This document shows positions 48,033-53,829 of a stretch of DNA of 53,829 nucleotides, piece by piece. Where the stretch lies: NCBI GenBank assembly GCA_964536365.1, contig CAZHWF010000002.1, positions 1 to 53,829 of the forward strand. The letters run 5' to 3'. The position numbers were made by a program, and so were the translations under genes. The DNA comes from an uncultured Polynucleobacter sp. (GTDB lineage: Bacteria; Pseudomonadota; Gammaproteobacteria; Burkholderiales; Burkholderiaceae). Each line of letters begins with the position of its first letter. The stretch's first letter is position 1. A model generated the notes under the pieces. The model was given only the letters and a program-made list of their open reading frames with translations, had not been told where the DNA came from and searched no databases.

Positions 48033-48195
48033 AGGCACGAGTCGTGAATAATTTAGATATAAATTATCCAAGCCCTCAACAGAGGAATTTAAAAATATTC
48101 CCCACTTTAGGGCAGGAAAGCGCCTATAAATGCGACTACTGTGGCAGTAAGTTTTTTGCTTGTACGGTATCAATATATGGCCATTTAATTAAAGG

Positions 48196-48291
48196 TAAAT
48201 GGTCTTGCCTTAAAAATTACCCGCATACCGGACCTATTAGTCGTAATGACGATATGCGGGACCCATTGCTAGGCAGGCTACTCCCCGTTTA
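48196..48291 (-). ncRNA. yybP-ykoY manganese riboswitch aptamer
   Basis: Minus strand: P1 TAAACGG/CCATTTA, L1 GGAGTA...AAGA, P1.2 GCCT/AGGC, P2 GCCTA-gcaa-TGGGT, P3 CCCGCATATCG/CGGTATGCGGG, L3 TCATTAC, P3.2 GAC/GTC. Confidence 0.9.
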
Positions 48292-48333
48292 AGTCCTTAT
48301 TAGATCACAATTAAGTGATAAAAGTGATTTAGC

Positions 48334-48666
48334 CTATACATACACTTGCTTAGATAGACGTCCGTACTTCTGGGCTTTATGAAAGGCTTTCTGCATATGC
48401 TTGTAAACCTTTTTTAAGCCCATATCGAGAGCGGTTCGACGATCCCTTGCCGTAAAGCTGACCTCAATCTGGCGATTATCAAAAGTATGAAGTTCGATAA
48501 TGCAATTTTGATTGCAGCTTGATTTTGCTTGGGCTACAGAGGCGTACTTCACCTTAATTTTGCGCACGAGCCAAAATAGACGCTTTAGGGAAAACTTCAC
48601 GCGATTTTCAGTAAATGTTTTGAACTCTGGCTCAATGGCTTCTTTTGTTTCTAGTATGACATTCAT
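48334..48666 (-). CDS. Divergent HPF/RaiA-like protein
   Basis: 110 aa basic protein, ..ENRVKFSLKRL..VRKIKV...CIIEL...IEV...TALD pattern; AAGGAG RBS. Confidence 0.65.
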   Translation of the reverse strand: MNVILETKEAIEPEFKTFTENRVKFSLKRLFWLVRKIKVKYASVAQAKSSCNQNCIIELHTFDNRQIEVSFTARDRRTALDMGLKKVYKHMQKAFHKAQKYGRLSKQVYV

Positions 48667-48723
48667 GATTTATCTCCTTTTTTGAAGTTATGGGATAAAT
48701 ATAGGGACATTATTATTCCTAAT

Positions 48724-48767
48724 AAAGCAGATATTTTTTGATATTAGTTCAGTTATTTACAGAATAT
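48724..48767. promoter_or_regulatory. 44-bp promoter element, copy A (putative NhaR/LysR sites)
   Basis: 33/44 ungapped identity to 50194-50237; contains TTC...GAA dyad. Confidence 0.7.
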
Positions 48768-48772
48768 AAAAT

Positions 48773-48798
48773 AAAAAAAATGCCCTCATAAGAGGGCA
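48773..48798 (-). terminator. Terminator of terC-usp
   Basis: TGCCCTC-N4-GAGGGCA followed by T8 on the minus strand. Confidence 0.88.
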
Positions 48799-48832
48799 AA
48801 AGAGAACCGCAGGAAATGGATTAAATCTAAAA

Positions 48833-50101
48833 CTAATCAATTACCGCCGCCAGCAAAGCAGTGGCTGCGCCTGCTCCAGCAGCAGGTATTCCCCAACGCT
48901 CCAAGGTTGACTGGGATTGACCAGTAACCACCTCCACTGGGATATCGCTAATTTCTAGCAATTTGGCTGTAGTAGAGTTTTCAAACAAACGACTTAAGGT
49001 GTTCTTTTTGGCAGTGCCAATCACAATTCGACTGCACTCTAAACGCTGTGCCTCATCACGCAAGGCCTCACCTTTATCGCCAGTTACGTAGGTGAATGAA
49101 AAATTTACACCCGCTTTTTCCAAAAACTGTGCGGCTGACTGGGATGCCATCTTTGCACGCTCGGCCTGCCACTCGCAAATGGTTTTCTTATTCAAAAACT
49201 TGCGGATGTGGGTATAGAGTGTTGGCTGCACATTACAAATATGAAAGTGCGCCTGCGGGTCCCTACCGTACACATTTACAGCATGCTTCAAGGCCAGCAT
49301 GGAATTACTAGATTCATCTACTGGTATAAGGATTTTATTCATAGCACTACCTCCTAGAGTATGAGACTGCTCGTTAAGCTGCGCTTGGGACGCAACAGAT
49401 TCAACTTCTGCTGGCGCAATAGATTCTTCCAGCGCCAACCGACTTTTAATAAAGCCCCCAAATAGAACACCAACAATCACCAAGACCTGAATTACGTAAT
49501 CAACCAGCGAGTTTTGGAAGAGAGCCAAATCTCGCACCATAGGCTCGGAAGTCATCATCTTGGCTGCAGTCCATGCCAGCACGCCTGCGCCGATATAGGT
49601 AACCGAAGGGAAGCGCTCAACTAGCTTGAGAACTTGCGTAGACCCCCAAATCACTACCGGAATGCTGATCAATAATCCAAGAACAACCAACACATAACTT
49701 CCATGCGATGCGCCTGCTACCGCCAACACATTGTCCAAGCCCATCACTGCGTCTGCGATCACAATGGTTTTCATCGCACCCCAAAAACTAGTTGAAGCAT
49801 GATCATGCGCGCCATCTTCCTCTTTTGCAGGATTCAGAAGCTTGTAGGCAATCCATACCAAGAGCAGGCCGCCAATCAACATCAAACCTGGAATTTTGAG
49901 TAGATATACGACCAATAAAGTCATTGCACTTCTAACCGCAATTGCACCGACCGCTCCCCAAACAATTGCTTTCTTTTGAAGATGTGGTGGCAAATTGCGA
50001 GCAGCCATTGCAATCACGATTGCGTTATCACCGGCCAATACCAAGTCGATCACGACGATTGCCAGTAATGCAGAAAAAAACTCGGGGCTAAATAGTTCCA
50101 A
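48833..50101 (-). CDS. TerC/YjbE-family metal transporter fused to a C-terminal USP domain
   Basis: IDLVLAGDNAIVIA and ADAVMGLDNVLAVA acidic motifs; USP part NKILIPVDES...IVIGT...IPVEVV. Confidence 0.93.
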   Translation of the reverse strand: MELFSPEFFSALLAIVVIDLVLAGDNAIVIAMAARNLPPHLQKKAIVWGAVGAIAVRSAMTLLVVYLLKIPGLMLIGGLLLVWIAYKLLNPAKEEDGAHDHASTSFWGAMKTIVIADAVMGLDNVLAVAGASHGSYVLVVLGLLISIPVVIWGSTQVLKLVERFPSVTYIGAGVLAWTAAKMMTSEPMVRDLALFQNSLVDYVIQVLVIVGVLFGGFIKSRLALEESIAPAEVESVASQAQLNEQSHTLGGSAMNKILIPVDESSNSMLALKHAVNVYGRDPQAHFHICNVQPTLYTHIRKFLNKKTICEWQAERAKMASQSAAQFLEKAGVNFSFTYVTGDKGEALRDEAQRLECSRIVIGTAKKNTLSRLFENSTTAKLLEISDIPVEVVTGQSQSTLERWGIPAAGAGAATALLAAVID

Positions 50102-50193
50102 TTGATTAACCTCTATTTGTGTAAGTTAAATAAGAAGTACATGAATGCCATGACTTTTCATGGGGTTAATGTAGGCGTATTTGCACTAAGCAA

Positions 50194-50237
50194 AAAGCAG
50201 ATATATATTGATAATAATTTCGTAAAAAACTGAATAT
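50194..50237. promoter_or_regulatory. 44-bp promoter element, copy B, between terC-usp and nhaR
   Basis: AAAGCAGATATATATTGATAATAATTTCGTAAAAAACTGAATAT; matches copy A at 33/44. Confidence 0.7.
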
Positions 50238-50246
50238 CCCCTGAAT

Positions 50247-51128
50247 ATGTCCATTAGCTATAACTACCGCCATCTCTACTATTTCTGGGTTGTTGCCAAG
50301 GAAGGCAGCATGTCCAAAGCCGCAGAACGCCTTGATATGGCTATTCAAACCATTAGCGCCCAAGTACATGAATTAGAAAAATCCTTGGGTTACATGCTTT
50401 TTAAGCCCGCCGGACGCGGCATCACACTTACGGAATCTGGATACGCCGCCCTAGCAATTGCCGATCAAATTTTTTCTATTGGAGAAAAACTCCCCGAGGC
50501 AGTAAGAGATGCCGCCAAATCCCCAAAAACCAAAATTACTGTGGGTGTTTCAGATGGTCTGCCAAAGTTTGTGACCCGACAGTTGTTAGAGCCGATCTTG
50601 AAACACAAGGGTGTGCAGCTTGTTGCTCACGAAGGTGAATTTGAAGATTTATTAGCTGACCTCGCATTGCATCGTTTGGATATCGTGCTAGCTGACCGCC
50701 CCGCCCCTAGCAATAAAAATCTTAATGTCTATAGCGATGAGTTAACTAAAACAGAAATTGCTTGGTACGCACCAAAGCAACTGGTGAAAAAGCTAAAAGG
50801 AAAGTTTCCGGAATGCATTAAAGATTTGCCCGTATTACTCCCCACTGCTCATTCCACCGCAAGACCATTAATTGATCAATGGCTCAGAAAGAACGACATC
50901 AATCCTAATATTGTCGGCGAGTTCGAAGATAGCGCCCTTCTCAAGACCTTTGCAGCCAACGGCCTGGGAATCTTTCCCGCAGGCAAGCTGATTCAAAAAG
51001 ACCTCAAAGATATCTATGGCATCGAATTTTTAGGCGCTTGCGATGACATTCATGAATACTTCTATGCCATTCGCTCAGAAAAGAAAATTCAGCACCCACT
51101 AGTTCAGGCAATTATTAAGCAACAATAA
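50247..51128 (+). CDS. nhaR: LysR-family regulator, NhaR type
   Basis: NYRHLYYFWVVAKEGS, LALHRLDIVLAD, GEFEDSALLKTF, KIQHP.V. Confidence 0.88.
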   Translation: MSISYNYRHLYYFWVVAKEGSMSKAAERLDMAIQTISAQVHELEKSLGYMLFKPAGRGITLTESGYAALAIADQIFSIGEKLPEAVRDAAKSPKTKITVGVSDGLPKFVTRQLLEPILKHKGVQLVAHEGEFEDLLADLALHRLDIVLADRPAPSNKNLNVYSDELTKTEIAWYAPKQLVKKLKGKFPECIKDLPVLLPTAHSTARPLIDQWLRKNDINPNIVGEFEDSALLKTFAANGLGIFPAGKLIQKDLKDIYGIEFLGACDDIHEYFYAIRSEKKIQHPLVQAIIKQQ

Positions 51129-51161
51129 TGAAGTAGCAGCAGTAAAACTCAAAATAGACAC

Positions 51162-52130
51162 ATGACCAACTTTCTTGATCCCGCAATATTATTTTTTATA
51201 TTTGGGGTATTCGCAGGATCCGTTAAATCGAATTTGGAGATTCCACCACAAATCTCCCGGTTCTTGTCGCTCTATTTATTAATGGCACTGGGACTAAAGG
51301 GTGGCTTTGCACTTCATAAGTCTGGCTTTACAAGCGAAATTGCCCTCTCATTGGGTCTCGCCATTTTTCTAGCCGTCACCATTCCCGTAATTGGGTATTG
51401 GATTTTGCGTAGAAAGCTTAGCGCCTTTGATGCTGCAGCAATTGCCGCAACTTATGGATCGGTGAGTGCCGTTACCTTTATCACTGCCACACAATATTTA
51501 GATCAATTTCATATTGCCTATGGCGGACATATGGCAGCGGCGATGGCACTCATGGAGTCACCCGCAATTATTCTGGCAATAGTACTAGCCAATAAAGCAA
51601 GAAAATCCATGGCCACAAACCCAGCAGAAAAAAATGGGGCGGTTGGGATTTCAAAAATCCTTCATGAGTCGTTTACTGATGGCGCTCAATTGCTTCTTCT
51701 AGGTTCAATGGTAGTTGCCTTGGTTAGCGGTGATGCTGGGCAAAAATTAATGGCACCCTTCTCAATTGATTTATTTAAGGGTATGTTGTCATTCTTCCTA
51801 TTGGATATGGGACTTATGGCCGCCAGAAATATGAAAGGTCTTAAGGGTAAGCCAACTATCACTTTGCTATATGCCATTGGCTCACCACTTACGCATGCGC
51901 TGTTAGCGCTAATACTGTGCAAACTCCTTGGCCTCCCACTAGGAAACACCATCTTGCTGATGGTGCTAGCTTCGAGCGCATCGTATATTGCAGTACCAGC
52001 AGTACTGCGCCACGCATTACCTGAAGTTAATCCTGCTTTGTATATGGGGATGTCGCTAGGGATCACTTTCCCCTTTAACATTATTTTGGGTATTCCGCTC
52101 TACAGCCTCATTGCAAGCGCCCTTCTGTAA
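51162..52130 (+). CDS. sbtA: Sodium-dependent bicarbonate transporter family permease
   Basis: LSLYLLMALGLKGG, AATYGSVSAVTF, MESPAI, ASASYIAVPA, LGITFPFNI. Confidence 0.92.
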   Translation: MTNFLDPAILFFIFGVFAGSVKSNLEIPPQISRFLSLYLLMALGLKGGFALHKSGFTSEIALSLGLAIFLAVTIPVIGYWILRRKLSAFDAAAIAATYGSVSAVTFITATQYLDQFHIAYGGHMAAAMALMESPAIILAIVLANKARKSMATNPAEKNGAVGISKILHESFTDGAQLLLLGSMVVALVSGDAGQKLMAPFSIDLFKGMLSFFLLDMGLMAARNMKGLKGKPTITLLYAIGSPLTHALLALILCKLLGLPLGNTILLMVLASSASYIAVPAVLRHALPEVNPALYMGMSLGITFPFNIILGIPLYSLIASALL

Positions 52131-52746
52131 TCTGAAGCTTGTCGAGCCAAACTGGATGTTTTTGCATCACACTCTTAAATAGATCTGACTCTAGATGATT
52201 AGCTAACCATTTTTTGGTTGCCGGCAATGGAAGTTGTTCAAATTTATTTTGATCAACCATAGAAAACTGTCTGATAAATGGAAAGATGGCGATATCAATC
52301 CAGCTCAACTTGCTCCCAAGCAAATATTGCGTTCTTTGCAACGCCATTTCGATTGGCAAAAGCATGAACTCTAAAGCTTCATTGAGAACTGCTGCTTGAT
52401 CATGGTCCGGAAATCTGTTGGGGTACTTATATTGATCAAGCAAAGATTTAAATCGACCGTCATTTTTCTCAATCCAAGAATGCGCAATCACCTCATCCAC
52501 TTCACTCCACTTATCTAGATCCGACTGCTGCATTGCCCAGCGCATGATGTCAATGCTCTGGTCAATCACTTGATTTTCCAAGCAAAGTACCGGAACAGTT
52601 CCCTTGGGCGACAACTCGAGCATTGATCTTGGCTTATTACGAAGCTCAATCTCTCGATGCTCGAGCTCGATGCCGGCGTATTTCAAGGCCATACGCGCAC
52701 GCATAGCATAAGGACACCTGCGATAGGAGTATAAAATTGGCTTCAT
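52108..52746 (-). CDS. Glutathione S-transferase family protein
   Basis: LYSYRRCPYAMRAR, SPKGTVPVL, DIAIFPFIRQF. Confidence 0.95.
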   Translation of the reverse strand: MKPILYSYRRCPYAMRARMALKYAGIELEHREIELRNKPRSMLELSPKGTVPVLCLENQVIDQSIDIMRWAMQQSDLDKWSEVDEVIAHSWIEKNDGRFKSLLDQYKYPNRFPDHDQAAVLNEALEFMLLPIEMALQRTQYLLGSKLSWIDIAIFPFIRQFSMVDQNKFEQLPLPATKKWLANHLESDLFKSVMQKHPVWLDKLQITEGRLQ

Positions 52747-52864
52747 TAACCTATTGTCTAATATTCTCCGAACTTAATGGTCTATTTAGCTAGCGCCCCT
52801 AAAATGCTGCCCGCCCCTGAAATTGAGTAGAATATTTTTTCTATTTACACAAAAGGATGCGCTA

Positions 52865-53829
52865 ATGTTGGCACCAAAAAAGCGGGGGATTCCTTCCCAA
52901 TTACTAGCAGGTATGCTGGTTACCGCGCTCAGTTTTCCCGCGGTAGTTCCAGTCACTTACGCTCAAGGTAGCGGTCAAACCCAAACAGCTAAACAATCAC
53001 AAGCGCAATTGGAAGCACTCGTTGCACCAATCGCTTTATACCCAGATCCCTTGGTATCGCAAGTGCTGATGGCCTCTACCTATCCTTTGGAAGTTGCCGA
53101 AGCCAGTAACTGGCTTCGTAGCAATAGCAACCTGAAAGGCGATGCGCTCAATAATGCTTTGCAACAACAAAACTGGGATCCAAGCGTTAAATCTCTGGTG
53201 TCCTTCCCGCCCGTTCTCGAGATGATGGGTTCACAATTAAGCTGGACCCAAAACTTGGGTAATGTTGTGCTGGCTCAGCAATCAGATGTGATGACCGCAA
53301 TTCAAGCATTGCGCGCTAAAGCAAAAAGCAGTGGCGCATTGCAATCAAATGCTCAGCAAACCGTGACAACCCAAGGCAGCGGCTCTTCTCAAGTCATTGT
53401 GATTCAACCAGCTAATCCGCAAGTTGTCTATGTTCCATCCTACAACCCAACAGTGGTGTATGGTGCCTGGCCATACCCAGCTTATCCGCCAGTCGCCTAC
53501 TATCCCCCAGGATATGTAGCCGGCACCGCGCTACTTTCTTTTGGCGTGGGTATGGCAGTTGGAGCAGCGCTTTGGGGTGGATGCCATTGGGGCGGCGGCT
53601 GGGGTGGTGGTAATTCACTCACTATCAATAACAATAACTTTAATAACTTCAACCGCAATACCAACAATAACTGGAGTGGTAGCAACAATCGCGGCACTAG
53701 CAATTGGCAAGCTGATGCGCAACGCCGTAATGCCAATCTTGGTGGCCAAGGCGGCAACCTCAATCGTGATGCAGAGCGTAACCAGCTACGCCAAAACATG
53801 GAACGCAATGGCATCAGCGGTGGCGATCG
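52865..53829 (+). CDS. DUF3300-domain exported protein, truncated by the window end (absent from the ORF track)
   Basis: Translated by hand: AAGGA RBS, signal peptide, LEALVAPIALYPDPLVSQVLMASTYPLEV, WDPSVKSL, VYVPSYNPTVVYG, Asn/Gly-rich tail. Confidence 0.92.
   Translation, partial: MLAPKKRGIPSQLLAGMLVTALSFPAVVPVTYAQGSGQTQTAKQSQAQLEALVAPIALYPDPLVSQVLMASTYPLEVAEASNWLRSNSNLKGDALNNALQQQNWDPSVKSLVSFPPVLEMMGSQLSWTQNLGNVVLAQQSDVMTAIQALRAKAKSSGALQSNAQQTVTTQGSGSSQVIVIQPANPQVVYVPSYNPTVVYGAWPYPAYPPVAYYPPGYVAGTALLSFGVGMAVGAALWGGCHWGGGWGGGNSLTINNNNFNNFNRNTNNNWSGSNNRGTSNWQADAQRRNANLGGQGGNLNRDAERNQLRQNMERNGISGGD

Noticed and set aside
48033-48173. 47-aa N-terminal extension of the TolC-family protein as the default start
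   Set aside because: The signal peptide begins after Met48; the extension is kept only as a possible coupling mechanism in the uORF finding
50102-50193. Second yybP-ykoY or Na+ riboswitch in front of terC-usp
   Set aside because: No GGGGAGTA/CAAGAC core or other recognisable aptamer; a covariance search would be needed to exclude it fully
53412-53814. Minus-strand ORFs 53412..53618 and 53500..53814
   Set aside because: Antisense to the DUF3300 gene; their Leu/Pro runs mirror its Asn/Gly-rich tail
1-53829. CRISPR array, integrase, transposase or prophage genes
   Set aside because: No regularly spaced repeats and no recombinase, DDE or phage structural motifs in any ORF

Overview
Accessory-type region of a moderately AT-rich betaproteobacterium (protein style and gene content suggest Polynucleobacter or a relative; inference only). 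Left to right: (1) a lactate module, ppc-lldR divergent from lldD-lldP; (2) a 1.5-kb HTH/AbiEii-type toxin-antitoxin islet bracketed by two degenerate 3' halves of tRNA-Lys, followed by an IS3/IS150-like end scar; (3) a YaiO-barrel / helical membrane protein / processive GT2 glycan cluster; (4) a respiratory nitrate reductase block (narXL, narK1K2GHJI, beta-carbonic anhydrase, nitroreductase) with a PAS-nnrS-nitronate monooxygenase-nrdJ operon and DUF3079; (5) small copper-type, USP, P-type ATPase and Ntn-hydrolase genes; (6) an ion-homeostasis module; (7) GST and a truncated DUF3300 gene. In module 6 a clear yybP-ykoY (Mn2+) riboswitch sits directly upstream of a CzcCBA-like RND pump ending in a non-canonical PII gene. 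It lies next to an HPF/RaiA-like gene, a TerC-USP fusion with an internal start, nhaR and sbtA, with a shared 44-bp putative NhaR promoter element. Module 6 is the best candidate for an undescribed system. No integrase, transposase, intact tRNA, rRNA or CRISPR array was seen. All calls come from motif recognition by eye; no searches were run.
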